IMG/VR virus record: IMGVR_UViG_3300021255_000078
Location: 1 to 37,452 of that record
DNA from: a virus
Length of the DNA stretch: 37,452 nt
Reading direction: 5' to 3' (one strand)
Positions 29,728 to 37,452 of the stretch are shown here, in pieces. A program made the translations under genes and the position numbers. The notes beneath the pieces are model-generated. The model did no database searches. It saw only the letters and a program-made list of their open reading frames with translations, and was not told the DNA's origin. Positions within the stretch are counted from its first letter, which is position 1; every line of letters begins with the position of its first letter.

Positions 29728-30275
29728 TTATTTTTTTGATTTTCTGTAATTCTGCAAAACCCACATATCCATGATTTCGCCGTAGGTATGCAGGAGGATT
29801 TCCTTGTAGTTCATACCGACGGCAAAACCGCAGGACTTTATTTCAGACAAAAGATTCCGTTCTTTCAGTCTTTTTTTTCGCTTTCAGTTTCGAGTAAGTC
29901 GGGGTCAGTTTCTTCACCGTCAGGGGCTTTAAAGCTTATACTTTCATTGATGCACTTAAAAACGTTTTCGGCTGCTTTAAGTGCTTCCGCAGGAGTGATA
30001 ATGCACATAAGGTCCTCATATTCAATAGACGGCTTTTTCTCGCCATTTGCAAGACCGAGGACAATTTCTGCATTATGCCTGAAAACTGCACCATTAATCA
30101 GAATCGTGATGACGTTGCAGAGTTTTTTGAATTTTTCGCTGTCGGTTTTGGAATCGTTAAGCCATTCACCGATATTTGAAAGATTGTCGCAGATTTTTTC
30201 GAGTTCGGTCATTGCTTTTGTATTGTAGCAGATTTCAAACTCATTTCCACTGATTTCAACAGTATATTTTTTCAC
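29728..30275 (-). CDS. Tail assembly chaperone frameshift product (gpGT-like)
   Basis: A -1 slip on G-AAA-AAA-AG (29871-29878) opens a 47-codon extension (RLKERNLLSEIKSCGFAVGMNYKEILLHTYGEIMDMWVLQNYRKSKK) that ends at the TAA at 29728-29730. Confidence 0.65.
29865..30275 (-). CDS. Tail assembly chaperone (gpG-like)
   Basis: 136 aa from the GTG at 30275 (AGGAGG 9 nt upstream). It lies between the major tail and tape measure genes and ends at an A8 slippery run. Confidence 0.75.
   Translation of the reverse strand: MKKYTVEISGNEFEICYNTKAMTELEKICDNLSNIGEWLNDSKTDSEKFKKLCNVITILINGAVFRHNAEIVLGLANGEKKPSIEYEDLMCIITPAEALKAAENVFKCINESISFKAPDGEETDPDLLETESEKKD
29871..29878 (-). promoter_or_regulatory. 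Slippery A8 run for programmed -1 frameshifting
   Basis: Plus-strand TTTTTTTT at 29871-29878, two codons before the chaperone stop. Confidence 0.65.
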
Positions 30276-30280
30276 GGAAA

Positions 30281-30904
30281 TCAACCTCCTGCACTTGAAT
30301 TTTCTGTGTAATTGAGTTTCCCGAAAAGCCATGTACGGCAGGCGGATTCGGTGCTGAAAATAGCTGTTTCCTCATAATTTCCGTCAAAATCGGGAAGTGC
30401 CATAATACGACCTGTAATTGAAGGTGTCTGCCACTCGATATTTTCGCCTTTGGTGTTGGAATTTTCAGACGGTAGCTGAAACTGTATCTTGTAAAAGAGC
30501 GTAGCTTCGTACATAAGCACACCGTTTAATTTTTTGGTCTTATAATATCCAAGACCGAGATAAGGAGCGACATCGCCTGATTTTTTACGCAGAACCTTTA
30601 TAGTATTCGGACTTTCACCCTCCTCGATGATAGTATGACCGAGCAGCGATGCCTGAATTTCAAGGCTGTCGGTGCTGTCCGTTCCGAAATCGGTGACATT
30701 GAGTTCCAAAGTGCCGTTTGAAAAACTTGTATCCATTTCGGCAATAGCGTCATCACCGTAAAGGGGATTATCGTTTGAAGTGATATTCTTGTTTGCGGCA
30801 ACAGCACGACCGATTATAAAACCTGTGCCATATGTAGGAGCTGCGCCCGAATTTTCCGCTGTAATGGGAGCGGCAACGGGGCATTTAAGACCGATTTTTG
30901 CCAT
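30281..30904 (-). CDS. Major tail protein
   Basis: 207 aa at the canonical position. The N-terminal MAKIGLKCPVAAPIT...GTGFIIGRAV resembles phi13-type major tail proteins. Confidence 0.7.
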   Translation of the reverse strand: MAKIGLKCPVAAPITAENSGAAPTYGTGFIIGRAVAANKNITSNDNPLYGDDAIAEMDTSFSNGTLELNVTDFGTDSTDSLEIQASLLGHTIIEEGESPNTIKVLRKKSGDVAPYLGLGYYKTKKLNGVLMYEATLFYKIQFQLPSENSNTKGENIEWQTPSITGRIMALPDFDGNYEETAIFSTESACRTWLFGKLNYTENSSAGG

Positions 30905-30907
30905 AGT

Positions 30908-31333
30908 TTAAAGACCTCTTTTCTTTAATTCTTCGTCATAGACTTTCATTTCTGCTTCATATACCTTTGAATCCATATCTTCATAAATTTTCGAGATGAA
31001 GTCATCACCTGCGATTTTTTCCGTTTTGCTTGTGCCGTAATTCAGAATATAGGCTTTATGAGCATTTCTCACACCGTTTTTATCTTTGCCCTGCGGATAA
31101 ATTTCACGGGCGAGGGGATTTTTATTTTTTGGAAGTTTTGCGGCAACGCTGTCATGCATTGAGCCTGTTTCAATGTGTCCTGCATCTGTGATAGCCTTTT
31201 TCCATTCATCAACGGCAACCTCAGCACCTGCATCAAGCATACCCTGAATCAAACTTCCATTCTCGTCCATGCTTTCAGCGAGGTTATACAAATCATCAAA
31301 AAGCTTATCAAATCCGCTTGTTTCTACTTTCAA
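30908..31333 (-). CDS. HK97 gp10-like head-tail joining / tail completion protein
   Basis: 141 aa with GAEVAVDEWKKAITDAGHIETGSMHDSV...YILNYGTSK. TTG start 8 nt after a GAGGTG SD. Confidence 0.6.
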   Translation of the reverse strand: MKVETSGFDKLFDDLYNLAESMDENGSLIQGMLDAGAEVAVDEWKKAITDAGHIETGSMHDSVAAKLPKNKNPLAREIYPQGKDKNGVRNAHKAYILNYGTSKTEKIAGDDFISKIYEDMDSKVYEAEMKVYDEELKKRGL

Positions 31334-31335
31334 AT

Positions 31336-31650
31336 CTAAATCACCTCACACAAAATTGAAGTATGAAAATATTCCGTATCGGGTTCGTAGTCAAGATTTA
31401 CGTCACAGACAGCGATTTCATCATTACAACTGAGAATATTTATGATATTATCGGGAATTTCTGAAAATTCTGTCTTTGTGAAGAAATCAATTTTTATGTA
31501 AACACCTTTTTGAATGACCTGATTATCAGCGTGAAAGCATTTCATGCCGACTTCCTTCCAAACGACATACTCAGACTGTTTTGAAGATTCTGCGTGATAC
31601 ACATACTGATGAACGGTCAGGAGAATATCACGGAACTGCTGTACTGTCAT
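31336..31650 (-). CDS. Neck / tail-terminator-like protein (104 aa)
   Basis: Called from its position between the head-closure and gp10-like genes. No clear motif. Confidence 0.4.
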   Translation of the reverse strand: MTVQQFRDILLTVHQYVYHAESSKQSEYVVWKEVGMKCFHADNQVIQKGVYIKIDFFTKTEFSEIPDNIINILSCNDEIAVCDVNLDYEPDTEYFHTSILCEVI

Positions 31651-31662
31651 ATACTCCTCCTG

Positions 31663-32025
31663 TCAGGTAAAATTTTCCTGAATTTTTGATAAGCTGAAAC
31701 GGCTTGCAGGCGGTTTCGTGTCGGAAACGTGCTGAACCTGTTCAATTCTGTACAAAATATCATTAATAACTGCAATATCCTGCGTGGATACAGAACGAAT
31801 CAGGGGCGTGATGATAAGTTCATCAAGTTTTATATCCGCCTGCAAAGCCGTATAAAAGCGGTTTATTCCGAGGGTTTCATAATCAAATCTCATACGGGCG
31901 ATAAGCTGACGGTCATAAAGGGGCTTATTGCCTGCCTGAGCGACATTTACAAGCCTGTAAAAGCTGACAACACCGCTGTTAAAGGTCAGAAACTTGTCTT
32001 TCGTGGATTTATCTAACTTATTCAA
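31663..32025 (-). CDS. Head closure / head-tail adaptor protein
   Basis: 120 aa, called from pattern and position. The TTG start forms a TTGA overlap with the upstream stop. Confidence 0.55.
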   Translation of the reverse strand: MNKLDKSTKDKFLTFNSGVVSFYRLVNVAQAGNKPLYDRQLIARMRFDYETLGINRFYTALQADIKLDELIITPLIRSVSTQDIAVINDILYRIEQVQHVSDTKPPASRFSLSKIQENFT

Positions 32026-32306
32026 GAATCATCACTGCTTTCTGTTTCTGCTTTATACCTCGCTCTGAGAGCGATTAAATCGCCCCTGAAATTGACTTTA
32101 AAATCCTCCAATGAATTACAATAAATATACCTGCAAAGGTCAAATAAAAGCTGTTTTGCGGACAAATCCGTTTCAAAGTCGATTTCTGTACCTGCATATT
32201 TACTTATCATATTTTCCGCACGGGACAGAATACCGCCGATTTTTGAATCAATTACGGGGTCTGTCCACGTGATAGCGAGATAATTTTTCAGTTCGTCAAG
32301 CATCAT
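32022..32306 (-). CDS. gp6-like head-tail connector protein
   Basis: 94 aa. LDELKNYLAITWTDPVIDSKIGGILSRAENMISKY is typical of the connector (DNA-packaging QLRG-like) family. It lies directly after the capsid gene. Confidence 0.65.
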   Translation of the reverse strand: MMLDELKNYLAITWTDPVIDSKIGGILSRAENMISKYAGTEIDFETDLSAKQLLFDLCRYIYCNSLEDFKVNFRGDLIALRARYKAETESSDDS

Positions 32307-33472
32307 TCGCCTGTATCAACGATAAAACTGTTTGCAAGCGGAGCGAGATTTGAAATGTCAAGATAAAGGAAAGAATTAATATCTTTCGGTCTGCCGTTGC
32401 CGTAAAGTCTTATTGTGTAAGTCCTCAAATCTTCAAGGAATTTGTATTCGTCCGAATATTCAAGTTTTCCGCCTCTTGATGTACCAAGACCCATGAAATA
32501 ATTCTTTGCGATACCGAGAACTGCATGACCTGACGGAACTGCAACGGACTGGACAATATCAGTCGGGAAAGGAAGTACATTTGAAACGTACTGACCGCCT
32601 GTTGTGAGAAGTGTTGTTGCAGGAACGATTTTGGTAAAATAGTCCGCAGGATTGCAAACCAGAATAACACGGCTAACGGTACGGGGATTATTATTTTTAT
32701 CTTTCGCAAGATTTGCGAGAAGTGCGCCATAACTTGCAGGAGTGAAAGAAGTGACAGCAGTTGCAGTTTTACGGGCATAGCCTGTTGTCGGGTTGAAACT
32801 TCCTGCAAAGTTTCTTGTCATTCCGACAGGTTTTTTCACACCGTCACCGTCAACAAGACCATTTTCAAGACCAATGCTGAGAGAATCCGAGAGAGTTGTG
32901 CGGCAGTATGCATCAACCCACTGCGGACCGAGTTCAAGCATATCCTTTGTGACATACATATAAGCCGTGAGTTTGCAGAAAGTCAGGTCAATAACTTCAA
33001 CTGCGCCTGTGAGCTTGTTTGTAATTTCTGTGTTGAGTTCGTCCCATGTAGCCGACTGTGATGCCTGATTATTCAGCACCCACTTGATAGCAGCAGAAGT
33101 ATTTGTGAAGTCAATGAAATCAAGCAGGGGGTGGTCTTTACGCATATCGTCCATAGTTGCATCAATTACGGTTTCGGGGAGCGCAGAGGTTATATTAGTG
33201 ATAACTCCCTCATTACGGGCATTAGCGATAAACTCGTTATAGAACTTTATCTCTTTGCTTGTAAGCTGTCGCCTGCCACGACCTGCGAGGATAGCACGGT
33301 CAACATTTTCAATATTGCCTTTGACCTGCTCCATGATAGAATCGCTGATGAAGTTCTGATAGTCGCTTGTAGCCTTTTCGATACTCTTTTCATCGCCGTT
33401 CTGGAAAGCTTCAGCCATAGCGTTTATAAGCAGAAGTTTCTTTGCTTTGAGTTCGTCAAGATTTTTTATCAT
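32303..33472 (-). CDS. Major capsid protein, HK97 fold
   Basis: 389 aa with an N-terminal coiled-coil delta domain. It lies downstream of the ClpP-type prohead protease. SD is AGGAGGAATTAAA-ATG. Confidence 0.85.
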   Translation of the reverse strand: MIKNLDELKAKKLLLINAMAEAFQNGDEKSIEKATSDYQNFISDSIMEQVKGNIENVDRAILAGRGRRQLTSKEIKFYNEFIANARNEGVITNITSALPETVIDATMDDMRKDHPLLDFIDFTNTSAAIKWVLNNQASQSATWDELNTEITNKLTGAVEVIDLTFCKLTAYMYVTKDMLELGPQWVDAYCRTTLSDSLSIGLENGLVDGDGVKKPVGMTRNFAGSFNPTTGYARKTATAVTSFTPASYGALLANLAKDKNNNPRTVSRVILVCNPADYFTKIVPATTLLTTGGQYVSNVLPFPTDIVQSVAVPSGHAVLGIAKNYFMGLGTSRGGKLEYSDEYKFLEDLRTYTIRLYGNGRPKDINSFLYLDISNLAPLANSFIVDTGE

Positions 33473-33484
33473 TTTAATTCCTCC

Positions 33485-33503
33485 TATTTAAAATCGTCAA
33501 ATT
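33485..33503 (-). promoter_or_regulatory. 20-nt conserved box upstream of the capsid gene SD
   Basis: Plus-strand (C)TATTTAAAATCGTCAAATT is identical to 37333-37352. It lies between the protease stop and the capsid SD. Confidence 0.65.
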
Positions 33504-33505
33504 AT

Positions 33506-34207
33506 TCAGATGTTAAACATCTTTTTAAACGTTCCGGATTTGTCCTGTTTTTGTGGTTTTTCAGCCATAGCGTATATTTTTTCAATGCTGTTTCTGTAAG
33601 CAAGCATTTCAGCATGATTTTCAACGGAATTTTCAACTTTTGAACTAATTTCATCGCAAAAGCCATATTTCACGCAGTCCTCAGCAGAAAGATAAGTTTC
33701 ATTGTCGAGCATTTCCGTCAGTTCTTCATTGGTGATTTTGCCGTCCGATTTGACGAGATAAGCGGCTTTATTAGCCTTATTGATAACGTCCAAATCATCA
33801 GCGATTTTGCGGAGCTGTGCGGAGTTTCCTGCGGCAACAGCCCACGCATTATGAATCATCATCACGGCATTTTCGGACATTATGACTTTATCGCCTGCCA
33901 TAGCGATAACGCTTGCAATCGAACAGGCGAACCCGTCAATATAGACTGTAACTTTCGCATTATGACGCTTTAACTGCGAATAAATTGCAGAGCCTTCAAA
34001 CACACTGCCGCCCGTGGAATTGATGTACAAATTTATGAATTTTGCATTTTTATGCTTTTCGAGTTCTTCACGGAAATGCTGTGCAGAGGTCTGTGATTTT
34101 TTGACATTACCAAAAAAATCTTCACCGTCACCGTCAACAGTTGAATAAATGTACAGGTCAAGTGTTTCGGCATTATCCGAATCCGCACGGACTTTAAAAA
34201 TATTAAT
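33506..34207 (-). CDS. ClpP-family prohead (head maturation) protease, with a non-canonical start
   Basis: Contains INSTGGSVFEG...ACSIASVIAMAGD...MIHNAW. The frame stays open 64 codons upstream of the TTG at 34030 with no ATG/GTG/TTG, and encodes the family-typical AETLDLYIYS... segment. The ATT at 34207 overlaps the portal stop. Confidence 0.7.
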   Translation of the reverse strand: MNIFKVRADSDNAETLDLYIYSTVDGDGEDFFGNVKKSQTSAQHFREELEKHKNAKFINLYINSTGGSVFEGSAIYSQLKRHNAKVTVYIDGFACSIASVIAMAGDKVIMSENAVMMIHNAWAVAAGNSAQLRKIADDLDVINKANKAAYLVKSDGKITNEELTEMLDNETYLSAEDCVKYGFCDEISSKVENSVENHAEMLAYRNSIEKIYAMAEKPQKQDKSGTFKKMFNI

Positions 34208-35342
34208 GCTTTTCAGAGTTATCTATCCTTTCATAATTTTTTGTGATATAGTGTTCCTGCGACCATTTTTCATTGATAACGGGCATACCTGCCTTGTCAC
34301 GGACTTCATCAATATTCGCAAATCCGCAGGAAATCAGCTTGTCCACGTTTGCCGAAATATCGAAAATATCAATATGTTTGATACATGAAGTATCAGCGAC
34401 AATGCGAGAGCCTTTGCAAATTTGGTCTGCGGTGAACTGCTTGCCTGTCAGTTCCTCGGAAATCATATCCGCCAAGGGGTCAATGCAGTTCGTGAGCATG
34501 ATGTCATATGCATCTTTCAGCCCTGCAACATCACCCTTGATGAGTGCAGGCGGAATCTTGAAAGCCTGAGCGGAACGTGCAAGAGCTTCGTCCATGAGGA
34601 CTTTTATATCTGAGATTTCGTTGCTGTACTTCTTAGCCGAATCAGATGTTGACGGAGTATATTTATAGCCGTCAAACAGCGGAAGGACAGCATTTGAACT
34701 GTCAAAATATGACTTGAAATAATCGTTCATGAGCTTGCTGAAATTTTCTGCGAATTTTCTGTCACCCTGAGCGAGTGCCGAAATTTCAAGGATACCCTTT
34801 TCACCGCCTGACTTTTTATATTTTCCGTTTGCGGATTCAATGAGCTGAGAGTACATATTGAAAATATTGTCGATAATCGCAGATGTTTCAAAATTCGAGT
34901 ATTTCAGGTAATAGACCTGTGATATTCTGAAAACATCACGGAAAACATAATCCCCTCTTGAAATGTTTGTGAAAACGGTTTCGGTCACGGCTTTTTCGTC
35001 TTTCTGGAAGTCATCAGCGATAATTTTCTGACCGTTTATCGGGATAATCAGGACTTCTTTCTGATAGAGGAGTTTACAAAAAGCCTCCTGCCAGAACTGC
35101 GTTGAATTTTGGTTTAAATTCGGGCGGAAGTTGAGGTTATGCCATTCAAGCCCTCTGATTTCCTTGTTATCCTGAAAAGTTTTGAACTCACATTTTGCGA
35201 GAAGTCCTGCGATTAATTCAATTGTTGTGATGAGTGCAAAGGCTTCGAGGGCGATTGATGTTTCAGTATTTCGGTAAGTTTCGATATTTATTGTACCTGA
35301 TTTTTTTGCAAAAATATTTCTGAACCAGTCAACGATTTTAAT
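34203..35342 (-). CDS. Portal protein (HK97-family-like), with a non-canonical start
   Basis: The track ORF (GTG at 34988, 261 aa) is too short for a portal. The frame is open for 128 more codons without ATG/GTG/TTG and encodes KIVDWFRNIFAKK...FRPNLNQNSTQFWQ. The ATT at 35342 overlaps the terL stop, with GGGGGTG 9 nt upstream. Confidence 0.7.
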   Translation of the reverse strand: MKIVDWFRNIFAKKSGTINIETYRNTETSIALEAFALITTIELIAGLLAKCEFKTFQDNKEIRGLEWHNLNFRPNLNQNSTQFWQEAFCKLLYQKEVLIIPINGQKIIADDFQKDEKAVTETVFTNISRGDYVFRDVFRISQVYYLKYSNFETSAIIDNIFNMYSQLIESANGKYKKSGGEKGILEISALAQGDRKFAENFSKLMNDYFKSYFDSSNAVLPLFDGYKYTPSTSDSAKKYSNEISDIKVLMDEALARSAQAFKIPPALIKGDVAGLKDAYDIMLTNCIDPLADMISEELTGKQFTADQICKGSRIVADTSCIKHIDIFDISANVDKLISCGFANIDEVRDKAGMPVINEKWSQEHYITKNYERIDNSEKH

Positions 35343-36957
35343 AAATAAACACCCCCAAGTCTGAAATATTATTTATTGGTGCGCTGTACGCATCAAGAAT
35401 ATCGGATACACATTCAGCAGCGACAAAAGCCTTGAAAGTATCGGTTTTACGGGATTTCGGCTCAATCTTGCCATAAGTCATATTGCCGTGTGAAGAAGTT
35501 TCAATTTTTGAGTTGTTGCAGCACCACCGCATCATAGGAGAATCGCCCCAGATGAACTTATGATTTGCAAAGCCACTTGTAATTGTGGGAATCCTGAGCA
35601 TTTCGTCAGACGGGCGAATCAGTTTCACGTTGTCAAAGCCCTTGTCAGCCGAGAAATTTATGCTCAATAGGGCTTTTCTCAAAAGCTGATAGCGATAGCT
35701 GTCTATTCCAATTTTCAGGATTTGTGAATTGCGCTTTCGTGCCTCGTTTTCAAGCCATATGCAGGGCAGTTCGGGAGGTATTTCGGCAGCGTCCACAAAA
35801 GTGCAGATACCGAGAGATTCCCATAACCTCAAATCGGGCTTAATGCGTTTCAAATCGGGACATTTCGCACAAATCCAAGTGTGAGAAATCCAATAATCAA
35901 AACCATTTACACGGAAAAGCAAGCCTGCTCCGAGGAAGTCGGTAGTTTTCATATAGTCGATACCGCCCACGCAGTAAACCCCGTTTATAGCGTTTTCATC
36001 AATCGGGACATTCGTTGCCTTAATTTCCTCCCATTTAGCGACAGCACCTTCGGGCTGTTTCGGAGGGCTGTTCATTCGTTTAATCATAAAAGCCTGATTT
36101 GCAACGGGATTTTGCAGATAATCAGAGTATTCAATATCCATTTCCTGCTGTAAATCGGGCAGATACGGAAGTGACGGATTCGGTTTTGTCCAGTTCTTCT
36201 TATTGTGAACTTCATCTTCATCATCAAGGCGGCAGACAAACGGCAGCGTTCCGTTGTCAAGAATTTCTCCCGAAAGGATATTAAGAGATTTTTCGAGCAT
36301 ATCGTCAAGAGGTCCGCCCCGAACATCTCCGTCAGTCGTGACGATTGTTCGGCGAGGAAATCTGACTTTACCTGTACCTGTTGTGGCGACAGTGATTAAT
36401 TTATAATTTTCGTAAGCATGATATTCGTCAAAATCGACTTTTCCCTGTCTGCCTCCGTCTTTGGTTTTCGGATTGGAAGTGCAGAAGTGAAACTCCGAAT
36501 TTGTATCGAGGTTTTTTATTTCTTCCTTTGTCCAGTGGAAATGGCTTTTCATTTTTGTTTTATTGGCTTCGAGAATGTCATAAACGTCCTGCCAAGAAGT
36601 TTTAGCCTGTTTTTCGGCAGTTGCAAAAATGTCAATATCGTAGTTCCTTACACCGTTTGTCGGTGTCAGAAGGCAGAAGTCCTCAAACGAAAGATAGCCG
36701 TTTTTGCCTGCTCCACGACCGACATATATAAACAGAATCGGAAATCTTAAAGTCCCGTTCTCACGGTATACGGAGTTATGGAGCGCAAAGCAGAATTTTT
36801 CCCATTCAAACAATTCAAACGGAAAATATTTCTGATACGAAAGATATTTTTCAAGCTGATTCTGATTGATAAAGAGTTTTTCAGTGCGGAAAACATTCTC
36901 GATAAAATCACAAAGCTGAAACTGTTCCTTACAGCAGGCATATTTCCCCGAACGCAC
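35338..36957 (-). CDS. terL: Terminase large subunit
   Basis: 539 aa with Walker A-like VGRGAGKNG and a C-terminal nuclease region. GTG start. It lies downstream of P27-type terS. Confidence 0.85.
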   Translation of the reverse strand: MRSGKYACCKEQFQLCDFIENVFRTEKLFINQNQLEKYLSYQKYFPFELFEWEKFCFALHNSVYRENGTLRFPILFIYVGRGAGKNGYLSFEDFCLLTPTNGVRNYDIDIFATAEKQAKTSWQDVYDILEANKTKMKSHFHWTKEEIKNLDTNSEFHFCTSNPKTKDGGRQGKVDFDEYHAYENYKLITVATTGTGKVRFPRRTIVTTDGDVRGGPLDDMLEKSLNILSGEILDNGTLPFVCRLDDEDEVHNKKNWTKPNPSLPYLPDLQQEMDIEYSDYLQNPVANQAFMIKRMNSPPKQPEGAVAKWEEIKATNVPIDENAINGVYCVGGIDYMKTTDFLGAGLLFRVNGFDYWISHTWICAKCPDLKRIKPDLRLWESLGICTFVDAAEIPPELPCIWLENEARKRNSQILKIGIDSYRYQLLRKALLSINFSADKGFDNVKLIRPSDEMLRIPTITSGFANHKFIWGDSPMMRWCCNNSKIETSSHGNMTYGKIEPKSRKTDTFKAFVAAECVSDILDAYSAPINNISDLGVFIY

Positions 36958-36995
36958 AAGATTTATATAATCCGTGATTTCACGGCAGTTAATTT

Positions 36996-37322
36996 TTACA
37001 ATTCATCATCGTCCTCCAAAATAACATTACTTATAGACAAATCAAGCTGTTTCAGGATAGCTAACATTGACTTGTTTGTGTCACGCAGTTCCTTTATTGC
37101 AGGGTTAATTTTCCTGACTTCACAGCCTGCGGAATTTTTTTCTTTCAGGATTTCGCCCTGTTCGGCAATATCGGCTTTAAGGTTTTCGGAAATTTCAAAA
37201 AGTGAGATATAGTCGTCAATCAGATACACAAAAAGGTCAATATCCGCACCATGCCTTTCAAGCTGACTGACAAAGGATTCTCTCAGAGCCTCAGCCTTTT
37301 CGATAACTTTTTTAACGTCCAT
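36996..37322 (-). CDS. terS: Terminase small subunit, P27 family-like
   Basis: 108 aa from the ATG at 37322 (GAGGTG SD). It is helical and lies adjacent to HNH and terL. Confidence 0.7.
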   Translation of the reverse strand: MDVKKVIEKAEALRESFVSQLERHGADIDLFVYLIDDYISLFEISENLKADIAEQGEILKEKNSAGCEVRKINPAIKELRDTNKSMLAILKQLDLSISNVILEDDDEL

Positions 37323-37333
37323 GTTCTCACCTC

Positions 37334-37354
37334 TATTTAAAATCGTCAAATTTT
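37334..37354 (-). promoter_or_regulatory. 20-nt conserved box upstream of the terS SD
   Basis: Plus-strand TATTTAAAATCGTCAAATTTT, directly adjacent to the GAGGTG SD of terS. Confidence 0.65.
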
Positions 37355-37428
37355 GCCTTTTGAGCCTTATTGTTTTTTATTAAAAACCTCATGTGCGAGA
37401 AAATCTCTTTTGTCGAGAATTGCGCTCG

Positions 37429-37452
37429 GTGTACAGCCTGCCGGAAAAAACC
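37429..37452. repeat. Direct terminal repeat, right copy
   Basis: Identical 24-mer to positions 1-24. Confidence 0.95.

Noticed and set aside
33506-35342. Alternative genetic code (stop-codon reassignment) as an explanation for the odd portal and protease ORFs
   Set aside because: All long genes, including the 1274-aa tape measure, are intact under the standard code. The anomaly is a missing canonical start codon, not in-frame stops.
1-37452. tRNA, tmRNA or rRNA genes
   Set aside because: I recognised no cloverleaf-like GC-rich segment or conserved T-loop/anticodon arrangement in the few intergenic regions. This was not checked with a program.

Overview
The window is one complete, circularly closed unit: its first 24 nt are identical to its last 24 nt, giving 37,428 unique bp. 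It reads as a temperate siphovirus-type phage of a low-GC Gram-positive (Bacillota/Clostridia-like) host, judged from AGGAGG-type SDs, extended -10 promoters and frequent GTG/TTG starts.

Almost all genes are on the minus strand. Reading the minus strand across the circular junction:
- Packaging and head: HNH, TerS (P27-type), TerL, portal, ClpP-like prohead protease, HK97-type capsid, connectors.
- Tail: major tail protein, G/GT chaperone with a -1 frameshift, 1274-aa tape measure, Dit, then a holin-like gene plus a beta-helix protein, Tal, and an 80-aa fibre-like protein.
- Lysis end: holin, a 75-aa protein, a YadA-like repeat fibre and a GH25 endolysin.
- A 2.35-kb accessory cassette bounded by direct repeats.
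- Early region: Cro-like gene and many small ORFs, two tyrosine recombinases flanking a truncated N6-MTase-like gene, replisome organizer, DnaC-like loader, ParB-like coiled-coil protein, RusA and zinc-ribbon proteins.

The only plus-strand block (12998-17094) is a lysogeny operon: XRE repressor, lipoprotein, BRCT-DEDDh exonuclease-BRCT protein and a large serine integrase.

Structures that plain gene calling does not explain:
1. A 32/34-nt inverted-repeat pair brackets a 2.6-kb early-gene block next to the tyrosine recombinases.
2. A tandem-HTH gene was inserted with a perfect 21-bp duplication.
3. The accessory cassette is bounded by ~64-bp duplicated copies of the endolysin 3' end plus terminator.
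4. Two holin paralogues under purifying selection flank the tail-tip genes.
5. The portal and protease genes have conserved N-termini with no ATG/GTG/TTG start; both begin at an ATT that overlaps the upstream stop (ATTAA).
6. There are two stand-alone promoter-plus-terminator small-RNA units.
7. Several short boxes are conserved in front of unrelated genes.

All family names come from motif recognition by eye. No database search, folding or alignment program was run. No tRNA, rRNA or CRISPR array was seen.
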